A stretch of 64,000 nucleotides of DNA from Proteromonas lacertae (taxonomy: Eukaryota), in the NCBI GenBank assembly GCA_002245135.1, contig NGBS01000874.1, forward strand, positions 248,001 through 312,000, given 5' to 3'. Under the pieces are notes generated by a model that had not been told where the DNA came from, searched no databases, and was given only the letters and a program-made list of their open reading frames with translations. The position numbers were made by a program, and so were the translations under genes. Within the stretch, counting starts at the first letter, position 1; every line of letters begins with the position of its first letter. Of the stretch, positions 1 to 12,321 are shown one piece after another.

Positions 1-2
1 AT

Positions 3-110
3 TATAAGAAGAAGAAGGAAATTCGATATAAAGGTAAAAAATTTGTGAAAAAGACAAAAAGAGATATGATGATAAGTGATGAGGATTTTTCGAGATGTCT
101 TGATTCTTAA
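3..110 (+). CDS. 3' end of an unknown gene truncated by the window edge
   Basis: Open frame YKKKKEIRYKGKKFVKKTKRDMMISDEDFSRCLDS ending at TAA 108-110, followed by a T-rich tract. Confidence 0.4.
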   Translation, partial: YKKKKEIRYKGKKFVKKTKRDMMISDEDFSRCLDS

Positions 111-239
111 TGTTATTTGTATTTGTTATAGTTCATGAAATTAAATTAATATATTTGTTTAATTCTTCTTATCTTTTGTTTTTTGAAATGAAAAATTGAA
201 TAGATTTGATTCCTATCAAGCCACATTTTCATATTTTCG

Positions 240-775
240 ATGAAATCAGCACGTAAGTCAATCAATACTCCAAATAAAAGGTATTTTTATTGAATATAAC
301 ATCAATAGGCAGAAAAAATCACCAGATGCTGAACTAAATGACAACATTAATGAATTATTGTCTATTCCAAATACATTTCTATCTCAAAATATTGTAAATA
401 ATTTAATTCAAGGGTATCTTACTAATTAATATATTTTAAGTCATTCTCTATACACACAATTTAAAGAATCTTCTTCTAATCTAGATACAATGAATATAGC
501 ACCATCAGTAGAATGTGCTGTATATTCTAATCTAATTTTCATTTAAATAGAAACAAGTACTATTTTCGATTCCTCCAAACACAGAAGAAATAAAGCCAGA
601 TCAAGATAAGTACATAGAGACAGTATTGAAATGTTTTAGTGACGATATTGAGGCTATTAGAAAGGATACAAGCTTTGGTGAAGGAACAAATGATTTATTG
701 ATTTTGAGTGAATGTCTCAAAGATGAGTATAAAAACAAAAGTGAAATAGAAAAGTCTTTTATTAATAATTTTTAG
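240..775 (+). CDS. Small protein with a ribosome-assembly protein 3 (Rsa3)-like C-terminal domain, 3 introns
   Basis: Splicing three GT-AG introns (first at 281-308) gives a continuous frame ending YIETVLKCFSDDIEAIRKDTSFGEGTNDLLILSECLK, resembling the Rsa3 motif Y..F..DLD.IRK..DF....L..L...L. Absent from the ORF track. Confidence 0.55.
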
Positions 776-856
776 TTTTATGTTTTCGTGTTAACATTAT
801 TGTTGTTTTTGAAGAATAAAATATTTGAAACGGATTTATTTTTTTTCATTACAAAA

Positions 857-2299
857 ATGGCTTGGGGAAAAGCTCCATCCTGTGATGACTTAATAGACAA
901 AATTCGAGAGAATGAAGATACAGCAATGTATATCTTGCCATTTAGAAAACTAAATGAAGATAATTTCAATCAGATTTTTAATGAATTGAAGAAGAATGTA
1001 TCATTACAAGAATTTTATTCATCTGGACATAAATTAACTCAAAAGAATGTAGAAATATTTAGTGAAATGTTGAAAGTCAATCATACTCTCAAAACAGTAT
1101 GTTATTAGTATTATATTTACTTAGTTTTGTATTGGACAAAGTAATTTTGGTGATGAGTTCATGGATATTTTAGTAGAAGGCATTGAAGCCAATAATACTC
1201 TTGAAATACTTGATTTTGAGAATAAATCTATAACTGCTGTTAGTTGCTCTAAATTAAATCATATTTTATATACTCATGAAAATATTAAAGTATTAAAACT
1301 TAACAGAAATCCACTTAAAAATGAAGGATTATTTAATTTACTCAACTCTCCTTCACAACAAGATAATCCCATTTCAAAACTAAAAGAACTGCATATATCA
1401 GATATACAGTTAGATAAAGAGAGTGCTATGATATTTAATACTGTTATGAAAAGTATAAATAGTGTTATTTATATTTAAATAATGTTTATCTATAGATTTT
1501 CCAGAACTTTCTGTTTTATTGTTAGATCATAATGACTTTGAAAATTCAACACCATTATTGTGGGAGTATAATTAATTATTATATTTATATTATTATTAGT
1601 TGTCTTTCGAATATTACAATTTTAGACTTATCGTATTGTAAATTGAATGAAAATTCAATGCCTTCACTATCATCTAATGTTTTTCAATTACAAAAAGTAT
1701 GTTTATATATATAAAAATTAAATAGTTGAATTTATCTTATAATGATATTAAAGATGAAGGTTTATTACTCTTAGCTCAATCTATCATGTTTTTCCTGCAT
1801 TTAAAATATTTAGATTTATCATCTAATAATCTCACTGATAGTGGAATTACCTATTTAGCTGATAGTTTAGCAAATTATGAATTGAATGATTTTAGAGAAT
1901 TACATCTTAAACACAATCAAATCACATCTAAATCCGCTTCAAAACTGTTGAAAATACCTTATTTAAAAGACATTTCCTTATTCAATAATAATATCAATAG
2001 ATATATTGATGGAATTATATCAACTATTAATGACTCTCAGATTGAACATCTTGATATTGGAGTGAATAACATAACAGAAGAGAATATAATCGCTTTATTG
2101 AATAATTTACATAACCACAAATATTTGAAAGAATTAGAAATGTGTGGAATTGATAGAACTACAGATATTCAGATAGCTATTGATGAATTGAAGTATATAA
2201 ACAAAAGTATTATCTAATTTGTATAGATCACATAATTCTATTATAACAATTGTATGGAAAACGAAAGAAGATAAGACTACAAATGAAAATGAGCTTTAA
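857..2299 (+). CDS. RNI-like leucine-rich repeat protein, multi-exon
   Basis: Exons 857-1097, 1161-1478 and 1726-2217 etc. carry LxxLxLxxNxI repeats (LKYLDLSSNNLTDSG, LELHLKHNQIT-type), joined by GT-AG introns of about 30 nt. Confidence 0.8.
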
Positions 2300-2396
2300 T
2301 TAAAAGTAATTATTGTTGTGTTTTGTTTTTTAATACAGGCTTGATTATCTGGTTTGATTCAAAATCTTGTTTTTCTTTTTTTGTATGAAATAAATC

Positions 2397-3412
2397 ATGT
2401 TACTAAACCCATCAGATGTAATTGGAACTAACGGAAGCACAGCATCAAATATAGAAATACCTGATATTTCAGCTGCAGTATCTAGAGATAAGATAAATAA
2501 GAGGTTGGGATATCTATATATTGTTGAAATAGTATGTTATATGAATGGATATAATGTTGTTAGATCATATGTTTTACTACTCTTCTGTTGTTCCAAAGTA
2601 AATTGATATACTCTTTGTTATTTCTTGTTGGATTATTTATTTTAAGAATTAATTATTATGGATGGAGGAAAATATTATTCAATATTATAGTATAATAACA
2701 TAATTTCTAATTTTCTTTTATGTAGGTGTTTATCTTGTCAATAGCTCATGTTTTAAACGTTTGCTTTTCATTCAAATTTTTTATTCATTCTAATATATCA
2801 ACATTCATTTTTCTAATACTAATCATACTCTACATAGTCATTATATTATTTGCTGTATATTTTATAATATTGATGTAATTATATGTTAGATAACTATCCC
2901 ATTTTATCATTATTATTTATTATCACATTATGGAGATATTAAACCACCTATCGCTGATGTTAATCTCTATCCATCTTCTTCATCGCAATCATTACAAAAT
3001 CCATCATCAATAAGAGACAGTCAAAATGCATCAAACTATCCAAACCTTCGTCCAGGAATGACAGAAGAACAATATAAAGATAAAATCAAATATGTTATAA
3101 TAATGGGATATTATATAGAATCAATAATGAATGTAACAATTTTGTTATTTTTAGAATATGTTTATTCCTTGTCATTTATACTATTATATATCATTATTAT
3201 ACTTTGTTTGGCATGTACATTGTTTAGTTATGCTGCTAATGACTGGAATTTGAAAGAATTTAGATATATTGTATTTATATTATATTCATTTATTTCAAAT
3301 AGATACTATCTATGGATTTAGTAAAGATATTATTTTACCCTCTTCTGATTTTAGTAAATCTTCCAATCTTCAAGATATCAAATGTTATTATACTAGCTAT
3401 GATGTTTATTAG
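2397..3412 (+). CDS. Hypothetical multi-pass membrane protein, multi-exon
   Basis: Spliced frame has several hydrophobic segments (IICFTTLLLFQ, FIFLILIILYIVIILFA, FILLYIIIILCLACTLF). No family recognised. Confidence 0.5.
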
Positions 3413-3611
3413 TGTATATATATATCAATATAAATTATTATACAAATAGTGTCGTTTTACTTATAAACAGAATTCATGGTATAGAATAAGTATACCACTA
3501 ATATAAAAAGAAAAAGTAAATTAAATAGTAAATGATGATTTGTATAAATTATTTATGTTAGAGAAAATAAACAAAATATATTAAAGAATCTAAAAATATT
3601 ATTATTTAGTG

Positions 3612-6600
3612 TTAATTACTTAACAAAGAACACTCTAATAATTCTGTACAACTAGGTCTCTTTTCAGGATCTTTATCTAACATCTTATCAATCATTTCTT
3701 GAATTTGAGGATTGAAATAAGTAGGAATTCTCTTTTGTTGCTGATGATTTATATTAGAAACTAAACTCATCATATCTTTACCATAAAATGGAGGATTTAA
3801 ACAGCATAATTGATGTAATATACATCCTAATCCCCATACATCAACTTTATTTGAATATGGTTTACTTAAATATATCTCTGGAGCCATATATAATGGTGAA
3901 CCAATCATTGTTTTAGCTTCAACGCCATTCATTACTGGTTTAGCTACACCAAAATCACCTATTAAACATTCATATTTATCGTTTAGTAGTATATTAGCTG
4001 GTTTCAAATCTCTATGAATGATATTCTTACTGTGGACATGTTCTAATCCAAGTGCCATACATTTTAAATAGTATAAAACAACCTTCTGATAAAAATATGT
4101 CTTTGTTTTCTTCTGAATATCGATCTGTTGTTCTAAATCACCTTTTGAACAATATTGCATAATCAATCTCACTTTATCTGATAGTAGAAATCCTTCAATA
4201 TATTTCACTATATAAGGAGAATCGAAACTTTGTAATATTTCAATTTCTTGTTGAATCAATCCTCTCGATTTCCTATCCATATGATTCATTGATACTTCCT
4301 TCATTACTAAGTATTCATTCTTACTTGAAGTTACTAAATACACTTTTCCCCATGATCCAGATCCTAGTTCTTTTAATATTTGATACTTATCAACACTTGT
4401 TATTGAATTTTGTAAGGCATCATGTATAATAGGTAATAATTCCTTAGATGTTGGTCTTTTAGTGAAATCTTTAATCAACATTTTATCCATCAAATCTTTA
4501 ATTTTTTGACTATAAGTACCTGTAATCGGTGGATAATCTTTAGTAGTGATACTTTCCTTCAACTCTAAGATATTACCAATAAATGGAGGATGAAATGAAC
4601 ATAATTCATATAATATACAACCAGCACCCCATACATCAACTCTTTCATCATAATTATACTCCAAATACACCTCAGGTGCCATATATAATGGAGAACCAAT
4701 CACTTGATTCTCTTCATTATTATTATTATTATTATTATTATTAGTTCTTCTTGCTAAACCAAAATCACCAATAATACAATCATTAATATGATTTAAGAAT
4801 ATATTGGCTGGCTTTATATCACGATGGATAATACCCAATCCATGTATATATTCCAAGCCTTGCATCAAGCTTTGTATTAACCTTAATATCTCTGTTTCAG
4901 GAATGGATTTATTTTCTTTATGGTATTTCTCTATAAATTGTGATAGATCACCTTTATTGCAATACATTGTAACTAAACATAAGTGATCTGGAATAGCGAA
5001 TACATCAGTATATTGTATTACATTGCTATGTTTAAGTGTTCGTAATATTTCAACTTCTCTTAATACCATTTGTTTTGATTCATTAGTCATTCGTGTTAGT
5101 TTGATCAATTTAAGTACTCTAACACCATCACCACGATCTACTGTATATACTTTAGCCCAGGATCCTTCACCAATCATTTTGATGGTTTTATATCCTCTTT
5201 CTTCAAGTGATTTGTATGTGACTAAAGTGGAGAGAATTGATTGACCTGCTATTGGAGATTGACCACTATGTATATATATATATTATAATATAAACATACA
5301 ATTTAGCCCATAGATTTAAATAATCTTTTATATATATCAATAATGCTATTTATATAATTATTATTTATATAATTATTATACGTTCATTACAATTATTACA
5401 GAAGAATATATATATTCCATAAGAATATGTTTGATATCCAATATCTAATAGTGATGTTAATAAATACGTAATATTATCATATTCCTCTTGAATACTTCCC
5501 CAAGATCTATATACAAATAAATAAATAAAAATAAAAATATATATATACTGATATCTTGATATATAATTTTTGATATGTTGAAATAATGATTGTTCTCCTT
5601 GTGGGTCAAAACCATAATAATCAAACAATACTCTCAATACCTTACGATATAATACCATTACTTTATCATTATTACGAAATTCATCTATTTGTTCAGGTGT
5701 TAATCCAAGAATGGAAGATGGTAATAAATACTATTATTATTATTATCAATATATATACTTTAATAATTCTACGATGATATTTTATCCAATCACAGTTTTG
5801 AAAATGTTTTAAGAAAATTGTAACTGATATTGGCTCTTCATTTGGATAGGAGAACTTGATGCCATCATTATAAAACAATATAATCTATTATAATATAATA
5901 AGAATATATTTATACATTAAATGATCCTTCTTTACTCTCTGTATTAGCATCATCAGGATTAACGGTTTCTGTAGTGTTAGCTGTACTATTCGTAGTTTCA
6001 ATTCCATTACTTTCCACTTCACTTTCTGTCTTTATTCTTGATGAAGTTTCTTCTGATAAATCTGCTAGACTATCAACAGTTGCTTTTGCTTTTTCTTCAC
6101 TGGGTAATATGTATCCTTCCTCATCGATTTCTGCTTCTGCTTGATCATCATCATCATCTTCTTCTTCTTCTTCTTCATTATCAGATGGAACTTTGGGAGG
6201 TGAAATTTTCTTTTTATTAGGTTTATGTTTGTGATGCTTATGTTTATGCTTTTTATGTTTTTTGCTTTCTTCTTCTTCAGATTCTTCTTCTTCCTCTTCC
6301 TCCTCGCCTTCTTCTTCTTCACTATTGTCACTATTTGATTCTTTATTCTTCTTTGAATCTTTCAAATCAATATCAGATTCATCTTTTCGTTTTGGTGGAG
6401 GTGGAGGAAGTGATCGTTTATGTGACGAATTCTTTCTACTTGCATTAGGAGTATCTGCTACAGCTGCTGTTATTGATATAACCACTTCATTTGTAGTGAC
6501 TGGCCTAGAACTCTTTCTGATTGAGTTATGACGTTGTGATATTGGTGGAGTTGGAGACGGTTGAACTGATGTTGTTGGAAGTGCCTATTATCATAATTAT

Positions 6601-6940
6601 ATTAATATTAAGAGTAATACATTATCCATTTCTGAAATTGAATCATTTCTTTGCCTTCTACTTGATTGGTTCTGCATCTATCCAAAAAATATATTTGTAT
6701 AAATAATACGGACGCATTTCTCATAGGTGGTGGAGGTGCAGCTTTAGGTTTTTCATCAGCTATTATTTTTTCTTGTACAACAGTCACATATTGACTCTAC
6801 ATATTATAAACACCAAGTCATACATTAGTTGTTTCTTCGATATGTGGTGATGAAACCTTCATTTCGTGTTCTTCTTCGACTGTTTCTTCTTCTTTCTATT
6901 ATATAATATATTCAGAGTATACAGATCCATTACAACCCAT
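3612..6940 (-). CDS. N-acylated protein: disordered acidic/Pro region, degenerate OGFr-like domain, two tandem NEK-like Ser/Thr kinase domains
   Basis: Starts MGCNGS (ATG at 6940). Short GT-AG introns join exons in frame into ORF 3612-5177, which holds two complete kinase domains (GEGSWAKV/HRDIKPAN/DFG/GSPLYMAPE and GSGSWGKV/HRDLKPAN/DFG/GSPLYMAPE). Confidence 0.8.
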
Positions 6941-7000
6941 AGTTATTCTCTAATATATCATGAATTAAGCTAAAAAGAGAGATAAAGCTACAAACTGTGA

Positions 7001-7015
7001 GCTTGGCTTGATCAA
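7001..7015. promoter_or_regulatory. GCTTGGCTTGATCAA candidate promoter element
   Basis: About 60 bp upstream of the kinase ATG (6940); an identical 15-mer lies at 48081-48095. Confidence 0.5.
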
Positions 7016-7108
7016 TTATTCAATTTTTTAAAAATTATTTTATTTTATATCTACAGTATTCGTCTTCAGAAAGAGTGTAAAATTAAGTAATATTGTAAAA
7101 TTTAAAAT

Positions 7109-8070
7109 TTATAGATTATTAGCTACTTTGAAATCATTTTTCAACTCTTCTTTCATATCTTTAGTATGCAAACGACGGACTGCTTTCTTAATTTCGTGAA
7201 TGGCTCTTCCAGGATTTAAATGTTTAGGACAACATTCAGTGCAACTCATAATTGTGTGACATCTCCATAATCTGTACGTATCATCTAAATCTGATAATCT
7301 TTGCTTAGTATGAGTATCTCTTGAATCAGAAATCCATCTATAAGCAGCTAATAACACAGCTGGCCCTAAATATTTATCAGGATGCCACCAGTATATTGGA
7401 CAAGCAGTTTGACAACATGCACACAATATACAATCATATAATCCATCTAACTTATTTCTATCTTCAATACTTTGAAGATTTTCAACTGATAATTTTTGAT
7501 CTACTGATTTATCTTTATCATTATGCAACCATGGTTCAATTGAAGCATATTGGTTATAAAAGTTAGTGAAATCAGTAACAAGATCTCTTAAAACAAACAT
7601 ATGAGGTAATGGACGAATTACATCTGTCTTACCATCATATTTAATAGGTTCTAAACATACTAAACGATTAATTCCATTGACATTCATTGAACAAGATCCG
7701 CAAATACCTTCACGACAAGATCTAAATATAATTATAAGAAAATATAAATTACCTTCTAAAAGTTAGCGTTGGATCAATTGTATTTTTTATTTTTAATAGT
7801 GCATCTAATAACATGTGACCAGGACTATTGATAATATTGGTGAATTAAGAAAATATACCCTTCCAAAGTGACAGTATAGTCTTCATAATGGGGCTTTATA
7901 TCTGTTTCTGGATTATAACGATATATTTTGAATGTTTTTGTCTTTGGAGGTGTTTTCAAAGTTTCTCCTCCAATTTTCTGTTGGAAGGATGTAAAATTGC
8001 AGCACATGTTAGTAGTTAATTTGCTTGCTAACTTTGCTGATCTGATACTTGAGGATGAAATTGAAAACAT
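7109..8070 (-). CDS. SDHB: Succinate dehydrogenase iron-sulfur subunit with mitochondrial presequence
   Basis: [25 protein letters not shown] and [13 protein letters not shown]e-S motifs; FKIYRYNPE; Ser/Arg/Lys-rich N-terminus; 2 introns. Confidence 0.97.
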
Positions 8071-8183
8071 ATCTTCGCAAAGAATAATTAAGAATAAACA
8101 ATATCCCAAAAAATATATTCGTTTTGTGCCTGATCTGCTAACTTTAGTTTTTTTATCGTTTTTTTAATTTTTGTTGGAAAGTG

Positions 8184-10385
8184 ATGCTTTCTCCAGATGA
8201 TACTGCGAAATATGAATCAACATTAAGAAGAAGCAGTGGCATATCGAGGTATAGCTATGAAGTTACACCACCCAAAAGAAGATTTGTATAATACACTTTA
8301 TTAATGTGTAGAAAACCACTGTACCAGGTAATAGGTCGAAAAGGAACTATTTAAAGGATGAAAGAAAGGAACAAATAGAAAGAGAAAATAGAGCTTTGAT
8401 AAAAACCATGAGGCAATATGATAAATACCCAATGGCATTATATAAAGGTGTAAATCATTTGAGATATAGTCACAGTCTTGTTTTGGAAGCTAGGAAAAAA
8501 GAAATTCAGAAAGTAGAAGAAGAGAATAGAAAAATATACCAAAGAATCATTAAAACAGCTGCAACTATGAATACACGAATATTTGTTAAAGAATACTACA
8601 AGAATCATCAATTTCAATATAATGGAGGACATTTTAAGAGTATTATTGTAATATATATATCAAATAGTGCCACCACTAACAAACAGACCAAAAACAGCAA
8701 TTATAGCTTTTCAGACAAATGGAATTAATTCAGAAATACCAATGCCAAGACCAAAGAGTAAATATATATATATTATATATTTTATATAGCTGCATCACAA
8801 CCATTAGATCCAATACGACGAAGAGTAGAAGTACAAAAACTAAAAGAAGATAATCAATTAGTGTTGAATAAAAGTTATGATGTTGTATTATTTCATGGAA
8901 TGCAAATAGTGAGTAATAAGACAATAATGATAACTTTATGGGAATTATATAAAGTAACTGATAAAGGAAGAGAAGGAACAAATGGAATAAAAGTATTAAT
9001 TATTTAATTATTTAATTATATAGATTGAAAGTAAGACCAATAATCGTGAAAGTGGAATAATTCTTAGTATAAATGAATTAATATATATTTGTTCATTTCA
9101 TCCAATTTTAAGAAAGTTAATGAAGGAGTTATTGTTATTAGAAGAACCAGATATTTATTCTTCATTATACAAAGTGTTAGGATTACCAAATGATACTACA
9201 TATGCAGTAGAATTAATATCATTTTTATGTAAGTTTATAAAAGTAGAAGATGATGATAGGAACATACTAGAATTTAGTGATCGATTAAAAGAAATGATAG
9301 AGAGATGTCACAATAATGAAGATCCTGATGAAAATCAGAATGATGACGATGATGATATGTTTATTGATGATTATGAAAATGATGATGATTATAAAAGGGA
9401 TAGAACATCTTTATCTTTAATAAGTGGAAATTCCACACCTCCTCCATTGAAAAGTATTAAAGATGATGATGATGATGATGATGATATTTTAGCTAAACAG
9501 ATTAGAATGGAGAAAAATACGAAAGTTCTGGCCTCTAGTAGATCATCTTCAGTTTCACGATATTCTGATGTAAAGAGTAGAATTACTACCAGAAGGAAAG
9601 ATATGTTTGAATCTGATAATAGTGTTAATAATAATGATGAAAGTAGAAGAAGGAGAATTGTTACTGTGAATTATAAAAATACACCAAATTACACTAAAGA
9701 GTTAACCCAAAAGAAGTTTACTAATTCTCCTACTACTACTACAGTTAAACCGATTAAAAAGAAAGCAGTTGGTCCGCCACGATGTGCTACAGTTACTAAA
9801 CCAGTGAATAGTTCAAATAATAATAATATTAATAAAAATGAATCACCAAAACATAAGAAAGTAAAGAAGAATGTAGGTCCACCAAGATGTGCCAGTGTTC
9901 CATTAAAGAAAGATGTTATTATTCAACAACAACAGAAAGAACAAGAAGAAAAAGAAAAAGAGAAAATGAAGAAGGTTAATAAGAATAAGAAGAATAAAAA
10001 ACATAAGAAAGATAAAAGAGTGGATAAGGAAGTTGAATCTGCTGATATTCTTGTGTTGAATAGAGATGAAAATAGTGAAATTGAAAATGAGAATGATGTT
10101 GAAAAGAATGAAGAAAATGAGGTTGAGAATAATAATGAGAATGAAAATAATGAAGGTGAAGTAACTATAAATAACAGTGTAGATATACTTCAGAGTATTT
10201 CCAGAGATTTGGATGAAGATGAAGAGTATAGTAGTTTAGTTAATGAGATGGAAATGATGATAGTGGATGAGATTGAGCAGACTGTCAAAATGAATCAAGA
10301 TTCGTATGATTATGAAGAAGGAGAGGAAGTAGAGGAAGAAGATGGTGATAATGAAGAAGATAGTAATTGTACTGAGAATAATTAG
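8184..10385 (+). CDS. CFAP97/Hemingway-like domain protein (paralog 1) with unnamed middle domain and acidic tail
   Basis: YLKDERKEQIERENRALI and RKKEIQKVEEENRKIYQRI resemble the CFAP97 (KIAA1430) coiled-coil motif; clear similarity to the genes at 16588-18895 and 22556-25896. Confidence 0.6.
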
Positions 10386-10503
10386 TTTTATGAGTAGATA
10401 ATTTAACTATTTATATTTAGTTTTGTAAGATAGTGTTTGTTATTAGGAAGTTTAAAGAAAAATAAAAAATATCGAAACGATAATATTTTTAAAACAAAAT
10501 TGA

Positions 10504-11993
10504 ATGAAGTTTTTAATTCATTTTAGTCAAAAGTTAGAAGAATTTAGATTACCAGAATTCCTTTCTCTGATTGATTACTTTGGGGTGGAAGGATTGAAAT
10601 ATGAAAAGTATTCATATTTGTTTATTTCTTTAATAGAGATAGTTATAGTAATGAACATCCATTTTTCATTGTTGACCTACCTAATGAAGATGGTTTAAGG
10701 AAAGTATTAATATTTATGATATTTATTCCTTTAGATTTGTACTAGATCAATATTAATAAAACATATATATGAATATTGGGCAAGTGGAAATACACTTGAA
10801 GAATGCGCAGAAAATATTTCAAATTTACCAGAATGTGTAACTTCACAATATTTAAACGTATTTAATTAAATATTAATATAATTAGGATGAAAAGAGAACA
10901 TGGTGTATGAGAATAGAAGGGTTTGGATACAGTATAAAAAGTGATGAACAAGCAAATATCAGAAAACTATTCGGTTCAAAGCTGAAATGTAAAGGAAAGG
11001 TTCAATTAAAAGATATGGATGATGAATACCGTATATTTCTAGACTATGGTGAAAATGCAAGCGAAAAGGATCCAAAAGCAAAGAAAGTGTATTTCTTAAG
11101 ATTTATTTGTGATGGTGGTGTAAAAGGTTTAATAGATAAATACACATTAAAAAAACGAATTTACTTAGGACCAACCTCAATGGATACTGAATTGTCATTT
11201 ATAATGAACAATATGGTTCACAGTGGTAAGAATAAAGAGATTTTAGATCCATTTGTTGGTACTGGCAGTATATTAGTGAGTTCAAGTTATTATGGTGGAA
11301 ATTGCTATGGAATTGATATTGATATGAGAATCTTAAGAGGTAAATTAAATAAAGATAATAAGCCAGTTACTATATATTCTAATTTTGATCAATATGGATT
11401 GAAATATCCTGAATTAATTAGAGCTGATTTTAGTAGGAATGATTTATATTGGAATGAGTTGTATATATATACATATAAATATTTTTTATTTTATTTATTG
11501 TTAATAGTTTTGATGGTATTGTATGTGATCCACCTTATGGTATTAGAGCTGGTGCTAGAAAGAGTGGAGGAAGAAGAGAGGACAAAATTAAACCAATTCC
11601 TTTAGAAAAGAGATATGACCATATTCCACAAACACAGCCCTATTCGTCTATTGATGTTATTGTTGATTTATTGAATATTAGTAGCAGATTATTGAAAATG
11701 AATGGAAGATTAGTGTATTTATTACCATATGCAGAGTATATTGTTATATTTATTTATATATTTTTAGGAGTTATAATATGAAGGAATTACCTATTCATCC
11801 ATGTTTGGAGTTGTTATTCGTAAGTGATCAAAAATTAAGTGGAGGTTTAGGAAGATTGTTAATAACAATGAAGAAAATTAAAAATCCAATTGATCCTGTG
11901 AAAGAAAGAGAAATTTGTCTTGAACATATGAAGAAATATGAAGAGAACTATATTAATTTGAAAGAGAAAATTTATGCTCCAAAGAAAAAATAG
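10504..11993 (+). CDS. TRM11: tRNA (guanine-10-N2)-methyltransferase
   Basis: EFRLPEFLSL N-terminus, KKRIYLGPTSMDTELS, DPFVGTGSIL, and spliced FDGIVCDPPYGIRAG. Confidence 0.93.
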
Positions 11994-12321
11994 ATTGTTT
12001 TTATGTTTTATTTTGTGTTTTTCAGGTGTATATTTAATTGCTTTACTCTAAACCTGTAAAAATTTTAAAAATATTCGAGAAAAACTTGACATTTTTGTTT
12101 TTTTCTCTAATTTATCGCTTATTGGAGAGATTGGGTTTTTATTTATAAATATAAAATATTCCCAACAAATAAGAAATACATATTCTATTTTAAAAATAAT
12201 ATATTTCATTCATTACAGCAGAAAGAAAGAGAAATGAAATAATAATAAATATAAATAATTTGATAATTTTCATAATATGATATAAATATTGTATTTATAA
12301 TTATTATTCAATGTTGAACTA

